A DNA stretch of 64,000 nucleotides from Chiloscyllium plagiosum. Lineage: Eukaryota. A program made the translations under genes and the position numbers. The notes below the pieces were generated by a model. The model saw only the letters and a list, made by a program, of their open reading frames with translations. It was not told the DNA's origin and searched no databases. The stretch lies in the NCBI RefSeq assembly GCF_004010195.1, contig NC_057711.1, forward strand, positions 73,422,736 to 73,486,735. Reading direction: 5' to 3'. Positions 12,471 to 24,419 of the stretch are shown here, in pieces. Position 1 is the first letter of the stretch. Every line of letters begins with the position of its first letter.

Positions 12471-13629
12471 AACACAAAGGGCAGATTTAGATGGCACTGG
12501 CAAAGCAAGAGTGCATACCTAAATCGGCTGAATGCATTTGCTCAGTTTTATTCCATTAAAGTGGAATCAGAAAAAAACAGAATGAAAATCTGGTAGAGAC
12601 ATGCTCGGTACACAATCATTTTCCTTCCACAGCTCCATACATAACTGTGAATCCTCTCACCCAAAATGGCCTTTCAAGGTTCAAGTAGATTTCCTTCTCA
12701 CCATGGCACTACATACCTTACTCATTGTGTACCCAAGTACAAGAGAAACGTCCTTCACTGCAAACATTTAAACAAGAGGAAAAGTAGCATGTAATTCATG
12801 CTGATTCCAAAACTAAAGGCACATGAACAGATAAAGGAGCTGTACTTTTGTTTTAAGTGAACCTATTCAGTGATCTTACAATGCACCTCTGGAGCAGGTT
12901 CGAGACTTGAAATCAGGTCTCCTGGTTCAGAGGTAGGGATATTACAACTGCACCACACGGCCCATGAGTTGTTGCAAAATTTCTAAGACAATTGTCCTCA
13001 CTTGCCTTATAACTGCTCTCTTAAATAGCTTGTGGCTCCATGTAATAAACCTGCGTTCTTGTTGAATGGACGGGATGCCAGAGAAATGACACAAAGTGCT
13101 CCTCCAGCCACCATTTTCCAATCTTTCCAATATTTGTTGTGACATCTCATTAACTAAGAGACCAAGTTTGTTAAATGGAGTTAAAACCTATGGAGCTCTA
13201 GTTTCTCACATTGTCACTTTTATAGATTTATTTACTTAATCTCTCATGAGACAAAATGCTCAGCAGGAAGAATACTGACAGGAAGCATGAATGGGAAAAG
13301 GAAATTACCCTGGGTTTCAGAAATTTATCCCACAGACAGCACCTTCATCTGATTAATTTCCAAGAAGTACTGCTGTGATATTTTTATAAACAGAGGACAT
13401 TTATCACTAGTTAAATGTAACTTTCAGGTTTAAACATTAATTTTTGAATGCATCCAAACATATTTGCTTAAATTCTGATTCTCCAACAACATGGTTCAAA
13501 TAGCTACAGTATGACAGACTAAAAACACACTGGGTTTGTTCTTGAAATGAGAGCAGTCTCCAAACATTAATGACTCTATAACAGGTCAAGCTGTGAAGGA
13601 TTACAAAAGTTGACAACATTTATTTAAGC

Positions 13630-13900
13630 AAATGCAAAACATTTTGGATGCTGGAAATCTGAAAGAAAAACATGCTGGAGAAACTTAGCCAGTCTGTCAG
13701 TGTCTGTGGAGAGACCATGAAACAGAATTAGGATTTTCAGTCTGATACAATTTCACTGGAAGTGGAAAAGTGATTGGTTCTATATTGGTAGAAAAAAAGG
13801 TAGGGAGAAGCAAATGGAACACAAAAGAAAATAAAGGGAAGGTTTGAAGACGAGTGAGACAAGAGAGCACAGTAGGAACAAAAAGGCACTGGTGAAGGAG
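13630..13900 (-). mobile_element. decayed PLE pLTR (left, inverted arm)
   Basis: ggatgctggaaatctgaaa...atgctggagaaacttagccagtctgtcagtgtctgtggagaga is the reverse complement of the pLTR end at 18930-19015. Confidence 0.6.
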
Positions 13901-14018
13901 ACAGAGAGACCGAGAGAGACACCGAGACCAAGAGAGACCGAGAGAGACCGAGAGAGAGACAGAGAGACAGACACGCCGAGAGAGGGAGTCAGAGAGAAGG
14001 GGACAGAGAGAGAGGGGG

Positions 14019-17000
14019 ACAGACACGCCGAGACACAGAGAGAGACAGACACGCCGAGACACAGAGAGAGACAGACACGCCGAGACACAGAGAGAGACAG
14101 ACACGCCGAGACACAGAGAGAGACAGACACGCCGAGACACAGAGAGAGACAGACACGCCGAGACACAGAGAGAGACAGACACGCCGAGACACAGAGAGAG
14201 ACAGACACGCCGAGACACAGAGAGAGACAGACACGCCGAGACACAGAGAGAGACAGACACGCCGAGACACAGAGAGAGACAGACACGCCGAGACACAGAG
14301 AGAGACAGACACGCCGAGACACAGAGAGAGACAGACACGCCGAGACACAGAGAGAGACAGACACGCCGAGACACAGAGAGAGACAGACACGCCGAGACAC
14401 AGAGAGAGACAGACACGCCGAGACACAGAGAGAGACAGACACGCCGAGACACAGAGAGAGACAGACACGCCGAGACACAGAGAGAGACAGACACGCCGAG
14501 ACACAGAGAGAGACAGACACGCCGAGACACAGAGAGAGACAGACACGCCGAGACACAGAGAGAGACAGACACGCCGAGACACAGAGAGAGACAGACACGC
14601 CGAGACACAGAGAGAGACAGACACGCCGAGACACAGAGAGAGACAGACACGCCGAGACACAGAGAGAGACAGACACGCCGAGACACAGAGAGAGACAGAC
14701 ACGCCGAGACACAGAGAGAGACAGACACGCCGAGACACAGAGAGAGACAGACACGCCGAGACACAGAGAGAGACAGACACGCCGAGACACAGAGAGAGAC
14801 AGACACGCCGAGACACAGAGAGAGACAGACACGCCGAGACACAGAGAGAGACAGACACGCCGAGACACAGAGAGAGACAGACACGCCGAGACACAGAGAG
14901 AGACAGACACGCCGAGACACAGAGAGAGACAGACACGCCGAGACACAGAGAGAGACAGACACGCCGAGACACAGAGAGAGACAGACACGCCGAGACACAG
15001 AGAGAGACAGACACGCCGAGACACAGAGAGAGACAGACACGCCGAGACACAGAGAGAGACAGACACGCCGAGACACAGAGAGAGACAGACACGCCGAGAC
15101 ACAGAGAGAGACAGACACGCCGAGACACAGAGAGAGACAGACACGCCGAGACACAGAGAGAGACAGACACGCCGAGACACAGAGAGAGACAGACACGCCG
15201 AGACACAGAGAGAGACAGACACGCCGAGACACAGAGAGAGACAGACACGCCGAGACACAGAGAGAGACAGACACGCCGAGACACAGAGAGAGACAGACAC
15301 GCCGAGACACAGAGAGAGACAGACACGCCGAGACACAGAGAGAGACAGACACGCCGAGACACAGAGAGAGACAGACACGCCGAGACACAGAGAGAGACAG
15401 ACACGCCGAGACACAGAGAGAGACAGACACGCCGAGACACAGAGAGAGACAGACACGCCGAGACACAGAGAGAGACAGACACGCCGAGACACAGAGAGAG
15501 ACAGACACGCCGAGACACAGAGAGAGACAGACACGCCGAGACACAGAGAGAGACAGACACGCCGAGACACAGAGAGAGACAGACACGCCGAGACACAGAG
15601 AGAGACAGACACGCCGAGACACAGAGAGAGACAGACACGCCGAGACACAGAGAGAGACAGACACGCCGAGACACAGAGAGAGACAGACACGCCGAGACAC
15701 AGAGAGAGACAGACACGCCGAGACACAGAGAGAGACAGACACGCCGAGACACAGAGAGAGACAGACACGCCGAGACACAGAGAGAGACAGACACGCCGAG
15801 ACACAGAGAGAGACAGACACGCCGAGACACAGAGAGAGACAGACACGCCGAGACACAGAGAGAGACAGACACGCCGAGACACAGAGAGAGACAGACACGC
15901 CGAGACACAGAGAGAGACAGACACGCCGAGACACAGAGAGAGACAGACACGCCGAGACACAGAGAGAGACAGACACGCCGAGACACAGAGAGAGACAGAC
16001 ACGCCGAGACACAGAGAGAGACAGACACGCCGAGACACAGAGAGAGACAGACACGCCGAGACACAGAGAGAGACAGACACGCCGAGACACAGAGAGAGAC
16101 AGACACGCCGAGACACAGAGAGAGACAGACACGCCGAGACACAGAGAGAGACAGACACGCCGAGACACAGAGAGAGACAGACACGCCGAGACACAGAGAG
16201 AGACAGACACGCCGAGACACAGAGAGAGACAGACACGCCGAGACACAGAGAGAGACAGACACGCCGAGACACAGAGAGAGACAGACACGCCGAGACACAG
16301 AGAGAGACAGACACGCCGAGACACAGAGAGAGACAGACACGCCGAGACACAGAGAGAGACAGACACGCCGAGACACAGAGAGAGACAGACACGCCGAGAC
16401 ACAGAGAGAGACAGACACGCCGAGACACAGAGAGAGACAGACACGCCGAGACACAGAGAGAGACAGACACGCCGAGACACAGAGAGAGACAGACACGCCG
16501 AGACACAGAGAGAGACAGACACGCCGAGACACAGAGAGAGACAGACACGCCGAGACACAGAGAGAGACAGACACGCCGAGACACAGAGAGAGACAGACAC
16601 GCCGAGACACAGAGAGAGACAGACACGCCGAGACACAGAGAGAGACAGACACGCCGAGACACAGAGAGAGACAGACACGCCGAGACACAGAGAGAGACAG
16701 ACACGCCGAGACACAGAGAGAGACAGACACGCCGAGACACAGAGAGAGACAGACACGCCGAGACACAGAGAGAGACAGACACGCCGAGACACAGAGAGAG
16801 ACAGACACGCCGAGACACAGAGAGAGACAGACACGCCGAGACACAGAGAGAGACAGACACGCCGAGACACAGAGAGAGACAGACACGCCGAGACACAGAG
16901 AGAGACAGACACGCCGAGACACAGAGAGAGACAGACACGCCGAGACACAGAGAGAGACAGACACGCCGAGACACAGAGAGAGACAGACACGCCGAGACAC

Positions 17001-18659
17001 AGAGAGAGACAGACACGCCGAGACACAGAGAGAGACAGACACGCCGAGACACAGAGAGAGACAGACACGCCGAGACACAGAGAGAGACAGACACGCCGAG
17101 ACACAGAGAGAGACAGACACGCCGAGACACAGAGAGAGACAGACACGCCGAGACACAGAGAGAGACAGACACGCCGAGACACAGAGAGAGACAGACACGC
17201 CGAGACACAGAGAGAGACAGACACGCCGAGACACAGAGAGAGACAGACACGCCGAGACACAGAGAGAGACAGACACGCCGAGACACAGAGAGAGACAGAC
17301 ACGCCGAGACACAGAGAGAGACAGACACGCCGAGACACAGAGAGAGACAGACACGCCGAGACACAGAGAGAGACAGACACGCCGAGACACAGAGAGAGAC
17401 AGACACGCCGAGACACAGAGAGAGACAGACACGCCGAGACACAGAGAGAGACAGACACGCCGAGACACAGAGAGAGACAGACACGCCGAGACACAGAGAG
17501 AGACAGACACGCCGAGACACAGAGAGAGACAGACACGCCGAGACACAGAGAGAGACAGACACGCCGAGACACAGAGAGAGACAGACACGCCGAGACACAG
17601 AGAGAGACAGACACGCCGAGACACAGAGAGAGACAGACACGCCGAGACACAGAGAGAGACAGACACGCCGAGACACAGAGAGAGACAGACACGCCGAGAC
17701 ACAGAGAGAGACAGACACGCCGAGACACAGAGAGAGACAGACACGCCGAGACACAGAGAGAGACAGACACGCCGAGACACAGAGAGAGACAGACACGCCG
17801 AGACACAGAGAGAGACAGACACGCCGAGACACAGAGAGAGACAGACACGCCGAGACACAGAGAGAGACAGACACGCCGAGACACAGAGAGAGACAGACAC
17901 GCCGAGACACAGAGAGAGACAGACACGCCGAGACACAGAGAGAGACAGACACGCCGAGACACAGAGAGAGACAGACACGCCGAGACACAGAGAGAGACAG
18001 ACACGCCGAGACACAGAGAGAGACAGACACGCCGAGACACAGAGAGAGACAGACACGCCGAGACACAGAGAGAGACAGACACGCCGAGACACAGAGAGAG
18101 ACAGACACGCCGAGACACAGAGAGAGACAGACACGCCGAGACACAGAGAGAGACAGACACGCCGAGACACAGAGAGAGACAGACACGCCGAGACACAGAG
18201 AGAGACAGACACGCCGAGACACAGAGAGAGACAGACACGCCGAGACACAGAGAGAGACAGACACGCCGAGACACAGAGAGAGACAGACACGCCGAGACAC
18301 AGAGAGAGACAGACACGCCGAGACACAGAGAGAGACAGACACGCCGAGACACAGAGAGAGACAGACACGCCGAGACACAGAGAGAGACAGACACGCCGAG
18401 ACACAGAGAGAGACAGACACGCCGAGACACAGAGAGAGACAGACACGCCGAGACACAGAGAGAGACAGACACGCCGAGACACAGAGAGAGACAGACACGC
18501 CGAGACAGAGAGACAGACAGACACGCCGAGACACAGAGAGAGAGACAGACACGCCGAGACACAGAGAGAGACAGACACGCCGAGACACAGAGAGAGACAG
18601 ACACGCCGAGACACAGAGAGAGACAGACACGCCGAGACACAGAGAGAGAGAGAGAGAGA
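14019..18659. repeat. 26-bp minisatellite (ACACGCCGAGACACAGAGAGAGACAG)n, ~178 copies
   Basis: Directly visible, essentially invariant 26-bp period. Variant units occur only near 18505-18545 and at the degenerate left edge (13898-14018); ends in (GA)n. Confidence 0.99.
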
Positions 18660-18664
18660 AATAG

Positions 18665-19015
18665 GTCCAGTCTATAATTTTGTGCCAGCCACCACTCCCT
18701 ACCAAGTGCCTCACCTTGAGGTTTGCTTCAGCAGAGCTGAAATATATTCTGCTATTAACACCTATTCTGGACTTCTCTGTCTCTCTCCTCTGCAGTCATC
18801 ATCATTCCCTTTTGCCATTTATTCCATCACACCACGATCTTGAATTTATCTTATCCTCTTAGCTTCCCTTCTGTTCCACATAATCTTCCCAAACTTTTCC
18901 TACAATAAAACAGAAGTGACTTTTCCAAAGAAGAGTCACACTGGACTCAAAATATTAACCCTGGTTCTCTCAAAACAAATGCTGCCAGACCTGTTGAATT
19001 TGATCAGCATTTTCA
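18665..19015 (+). mobile_element. decayed PLE 3' end / pLTR (right arm)
   Basis: aagaagagtcacactggactcaaaatattaac (dead HHR-like stem II gagtc/gactc), then atgctgccagacctgttgaatttgatcagcattttc, typical of the pLTR ends seen elsewhere in the window. Confidence 0.6.
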
Positions 19016-20694
19016 GTTAGTGATTTAAACATACTTAGTATTGAACACAACAGCACCTTCTTTTGCATGGAATCCTAAGTACTAAGATAAATGTACATAG
19101 CAATTTAGATTGTCAGTGCACAATTTCTATCAAATCACTTTATCGAAGGAGGTGTGATGGGTTCACAACAGTCTATAGGATCAACAGCAATATACAAGTG
19201 TATCTGTTTTTCACCAACCCTAAACTGTTCTGTTTAAATTACTAGTTAGTAGTCAAATCAATTCTAGAACAAAATGGATAAAAGTTCTCCTCTGGAACTT
19301 GATTCTGCTCACTTTTACATTATAACTATAGCTTTTATCTAAAGTCAAACTACTATTTCTGTAACACAAACACACCCCAACAGTTCCCCTAAATTGTTTA
19401 CTTTAGCAATTTGCATTACAAGTAATTTCCTTACCGTAACAAATTCTGATGTAGTTCCAAGAAAACATCACTCGTTCAGAAAAAGTTTGACATAAATATA
19501 TACACAGAATTTGTTAATCTCACGAAAACACAAATTCCCGAGGCATAATACTGGAAACAATCCATATGACCAGTCCCCCAAACTAATATCTCATAATCAC
19601 ACTCCAAGTATTTATAAAATTTTTCTTGAAATTTTCAAATGTACTCAGTTTTGATTGGATCCCTGCACAGTCCCATCCATATATTTAATCACAATTTGTA
19701 AAACACTTAAATCTAAATTATCCATGGATTTTCCTCTTCCAATCGACTCCAGTGGGTTCAATCATAATTTCCAGACAGAAAAGCAGCAAAGTGAAGAGAC
19801 CATGTCGTAAGAGGTGGTAGCAAGGAAGTTCAACCAAAGTTAACCTGACCTTGCTGAAATGCCATCTGCCGTCCCAAATGAAAATGGTGGACATAACTGC
19901 TGACCCGTTAAAAACGGGTTTCAATGGTAGTCACCAGGAGTTCAGGACAAAGTCTCCAGCACAAATCAAGTGTTCCTGGAAGAGTATCAATCAGAGATGG
20001 TAAATCAGAGCAAAGAAGGTTGTTTTTTTGGAGGTGGGTCTGGAGGTGTACAATGTTGAAAGTCAAAAGAGCAAAAGCATTTTTACAATATAGAAAGGAG
20101 GCTGCTCAGCCTATTCTGATCTTCATTTCTCACATTACTATTGTGCTTTCCTAATTTGCTATGACTACCCAAGCACGATCGCTCACTTCTCTCCCCACCT
20201 TTGTTTAACATCCTCCCCACTTCCCTAGTTATGAGGCTTGCAATATATGATTCAAGAGTACATCCTATTTTCCCCAATATTGGAGCCAGTGCTCCACAAA
20301 CCAGAAATTCCTGCTGGCAGACTTGGAGGTAATATTTGAACTCTGAACAACACATACATGGAACTTTTCCAAAGTAAATACACTTAAAAAAACAAGAGAC
20401 TACTAGTAGTTGTCGTAGCAACTACTCTCCAGAAAACAAATCTTGATAAACAGTCTCATCTTTCTTCCTCCCCCTCACCCCAAAATCCAGATCACGAATG
20501 TTAAATGCTAAACTTAAAAACCAATCTTGCAATTGAGTAGATTCTGCAACTCAATGAAGTTTTGCATGGGAGTTCATGTCATCATCTCAACCTAATGTAT
20601 TGTTACCATGTGGTAAATTACAAAACAAATGAGAAAGTCTCATGCCCATTTAAGTACAAATTTTGCAACACCTGAGTGACTTTCTGGCACATAC

Positions 20695-21110
20695 AATTAC
20701 AGAGAGAGTTGTAAACGCAGCCCAGTCCACCATGAAAACTATCCTTCGATCCATCGACTCAGTCTATACCTCCCGCTGCCTTGGGAAAGCAGCCAACATA
20801 ATCAAAGACTCTTCCTACCCTGGTTATACTCTCTTCCACCCTCTTCCATCAGGCAGAAGATACAAAAAAAGTTTGAAAACATGTACCAGATTAAAAAAAG
20901 AGCTTTTTGCCTATTGTTATCAGACTTATGAACGGACCTCTCATTTATTAGAGCTGATCTTTCTCTGCACCCATTCTGTAGCTAACACTATATTCCACAT
21001 TCTGTTCCATTAAACTGAGTACTTATGTAAGGCAGGATTTATCTGGATAGAAGAGAAAACAATACTTTTCACTGTATCTCAGTAGAGTACAATTAAAATC
21101 AAATCAATAT
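20695..21110 (+). mobile_element. Rex1/Babar-type LINE 3' fragment
   Basis: ORF 20663-21013: ERVVNAAQS...SIDSVYTSRCLGKAANIIKDSSYPGYTLFHPLPSGRRY, the characteristic Rex1/Babar C-terminal motif. Confidence 0.85.
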
Positions 21111-21545
21111 TACAATAGCCAGTATCTCTATAAAGCTTTCCTGCTTATGGAGATTGAGGTATAACACTAAGGAAGGTTCTGAACCCATCTTCTGGGGTAG
21201 ACCGCAGTCTCAGGCACGTTGCAATTGGTGATGAATGGAATACAACTCGATTGGAATACCAAATGAAATTTTAAGAAGTCCTTAGAATTTCATTCTACTT
21301 CACCCTCTCAAAAACAAAACTTAACCCGAAGTGCACTGTAAAAGCATTTAAAAATCTTATGGTGAAGAGGTAAGATCCACACAATCGTATATTTTTATAT
21401 CTATGTACTAGCTGACCTCCCTCCTGGGTGGGAGATTACTAATTGGACAGAAAAGTTGTATAAATGAGGCTGTGCCTGCCTGGAACTTCTGGTCTGAGGC
21501 ACAGAAAATTTAAGTAGGAAATGGCAAACAGACCTTTTCACTCAC

Positions 21546-21612
21546 CATCTGCAAATATTACTTGCTCCCTTACATTAAAAATTTTAATTACTTTGCAATG
21601 GGTCACATTTAC
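21546..21612 (-). other. candidate small non-coding exon, 67 bp
   Basis: Acceptor tgtttctaaaatag|G at 21612 and strong donor GATG|gtgagt at 21546; same orientation as the 29.7-kb first exon and the 9.9-kb exon. Confidence 0.3.
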
Positions 21613-22229
21613 CTATTTTAGAAACAGATGTGGCTGTTCAGGAATAAGAGCGACCTTGATCGAAAACTATACATTTTTATACAAATGTGGAAGCTTAAGA
21701 ACATAAATAGTAGCATTCAATATCCATTTTTCTTCTTAATCTTCTGGTGCAGGAGTGAGGAGGGAATACCAAAAACAAGAAGTCTCCCTACTACTTGCAT
21801 TAGTGTTTTTTTTACATCTCCTGCAGAATGCTGTTCTCCAACTGTGTAAATGAACAGCCACCTGCTTCCAGGCTTCTGCCTGCATTTAAGCCATTTAACT
21901 TAGCCAGCAGGACATATCCTACAGCAATTCAGGTGCATTTTCACTGTAGATTTTCCTCAGAGTGGAGACTGAACTCTGCAGGAGGAGTTGAACACAAAGC
22001 AATATCAGGCCGATTACAAGAAAAAGTACTTTACTCTGCAAATGAAAAGCTTATATTAAAAGTACTCAAAAGGTGTGTCATGTGAAGACCTGATATGAGC
22101 AGCATAGAGAAACTATTGTGTAAAATATAAAAGGATATGTATTTCAGTTGTGGTAATGACCTAATAACTCAGTTTTGCCCATTGCTCTTGATTTATGACA
22201 TTATAAATTACACCCGAGACTCCTCATTA

Positions 22230-22520
22230 AACGGAAATTTAGACTTATATAGCACCTCACTACATCCTCAACGTCAAAGCACTTGGCATCAAATGAAATG
22301 TTGCCTCCTTTTACATCAACAAAATAAGATCTCACAAACAGTAAATGAAATGAATACCAGTTAATTGGGTTCTGGTAGTGATAATTGAGGAAGGAACATT
22401 GATCATAATTAACTGATCTAATTTTTAAAAATCCTGTTTATATCTTTGAACAGTCAGGGTTGTCTTTAAAGTTCTTTATCAATGACAGCTCATCTGATAA
22501 TATAGCATTTTCAGTAGTGC
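22230..22520 (-). mobile_element. Deu-domain SINE, decayed
   Basis: ttatatagcacct...aaagcact...agatctcacaaacagtaaatgaaatga is the reverse of the DeuSINE 3' end and core. Confidence 0.5.
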
Positions 22521-22644
22521 ACACACAAAGTGAGAAAATGCATCATTCCTTGACATTGCTTTTTTTTTTACAAAGTTTAACTGAAGCAACATGAACAATT
22601 ATTCCAAAATCTCTCCTGAATCTCTGACAAAGAAGCCTCCAAAA

Positions 22645-23778
22645 AGGTGTTGAAAGTCCTGCATGGTAGACTAGTTAGTAAGGCTAGATCACATGGAATC
22701 CAAGGAGAGCTTGCCAACTGGATACAAAATTGGCTTGAAGGTGGGAGACAGAGGGTGGTGGTAGAGGGTTATTTTTCAGTGTGGAGACTTGTGACCAGTG
22801 GCGTGCCACAAGGATTGGTTCTGGGTCCATTGCTCTGTCATTTATATAAATGATTTGAATGTGAATATAGGAGTTATGGTTAGCAAGTTTGCAGATGACA
22901 CCAAAATAAGCAGTGTAGTGGACAGTAAAGAAAGTAATCTCAGAGTACAACGAGAGCTTCTTTAGATGGGCTGAGGGGTGGCAGATGGAGCTTAATTTCA
23001 ATAAATGAGAGGTATTGCATTTTGGTACGGCAAACCAGGGTAGGACTTAGACACTTAATTATAGGCCTTGGGGAGGGTTGCCGAACAAAAAGACTTCTCA
23101 GGATGCAGGTGTATAGTTCCTTGAAAGTAGAGTCACAGGTAGACAGGGTGCTGAAGGCGGCATTTGGCATGCTTGCCTTCGTTGGTCAGTACAGGATTTG
23201 GGATGTCATGTTGCGGCTATACAGGACATTAGTGAGGCCACTTTCAGAATACTCTGTTCAATTTTAGTTTCCCTGCTATAGGAAAAATAGTGAAAGGGTT
23301 CAGAAAAGATTTACAAGGATGTTGCTGGAACTGGATGGTTTGCGCTATATGGAGAGGCTGAATCAGCTGTGGCTTTTTTTCCTTGGAGTGTCGGAGGCTG
23401 AATGGTGACACTCCAAAGGCTTACATAATCATGAGAGAGGGTGGATAGTCAAAGTCTTTTTTCCCCCCAATGTGGGAGAATCCAAAACTGGAGGGCACAG
23501 GGTTAAGGAGAGAGGGCATCAATTTAAAAGGGACCTGAGGGCAACTTATTCAGGTTAAGGGTGGTGCGTGTATTGAACGGGCTGCTACAGGTGGTGGTGG
23601 AGGAGGCTGGTACAATTACATTTAAAAGGCATCTAAAATGGGTACATGAGTCGGAAGGGTTTAGAAATATATGGGCCAAATGCTGGCAAACAGGACTAGA
23701 TCAGTTAAGGACATCTGGTTGGCACAGATGAGTTGGACCGAAGGCTTTGTTTCCCTGCTGTATACCTTATGATTCTAT
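22645..23778 (+). mobile_element. CR1/HER1-type LINE, RT to 3' end, frameshifted
   Basis: HGRLVSKARSHGIQGELANWIQNWL...[22 protein letters not shown] (aagtttgcagatgacacc); LYRTLVRPLSEYSVQF. Confidence 0.95.
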
Positions 23779-24419
23779 AACAGGCAGCAGAATATTTTAA
23801 AATAAGGGTAAATGACTTTTTAAAAGTGTCGTACAAGACAAAATGCAACCACTTCCCAACAAAAGAAATGGATCCAATACCAGACTTCAAAATGAAATGT
23901 AATTGCACAGAAATCACATCCTTGGATCCAGTGGCAAGATTCTAAAACAGATCTAACCACTGCTTCATCACAATGTTGATAACCTTTTAGTCTTTGGTCA
24001 AAATACAAAGTACGTGATAATTCAAATAGCATGAGGGAAATAAAGTTTAATTTTTGAACACTTAACACAAAATAACTTATTGACTAGTGTTTAAAAATAT
24101 TTTCTTTTCTTCAGCTGTATTACAATTATTTTTGCCAAGATTAACATTTCAAAATCTGGGTGATTCTGGATATCTCAAGTAGAAATGTTTGTACAGCAGA
24201 AAACTGTACTTTGTGCCCTTTGTTTCTTTTTGAAGATATGACAATGAAGCAGGCTGGCATTAAAGTACAGCGTTTGTTTATTTTAAACTGCAAAATGTAA
24301 AAATTCAGCAAATCTGGGGAATAGATCTGCAGATTGCTCTTTCAATTAATGCATTTTGATTAATACATTTTCTTTTAATTGCCACAAATCAAAAAAGTGC
24401 TGTAGGACTCTGGTGTATA

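Noticed and set aside
12717..12757. Possible 41-bp minus-strand exon (tttgcag|...AAG|gtatgt)
   Set aside because: Such site pairs arise by chance in AT-rich introns; no further support.
14019..18659. CRISPR-like array
   Set aside because: Head-to-tail identical units with no unique spacers; eukaryotic context.
13697..18714. Four 1500-1650 aa ORFs (RETDTPRH.../VSRRVCLSL...)
   Set aside because: Artefact of a 26-bp repeat with no T on one strand and no A on the other, so stop codons cannot occur; no protein features.
21440..21480. ATTGG + TATAAA as a promoter or solo LTR
   Set aside because: No TG...CA ends, TSD, second copy or CpG enrichment.
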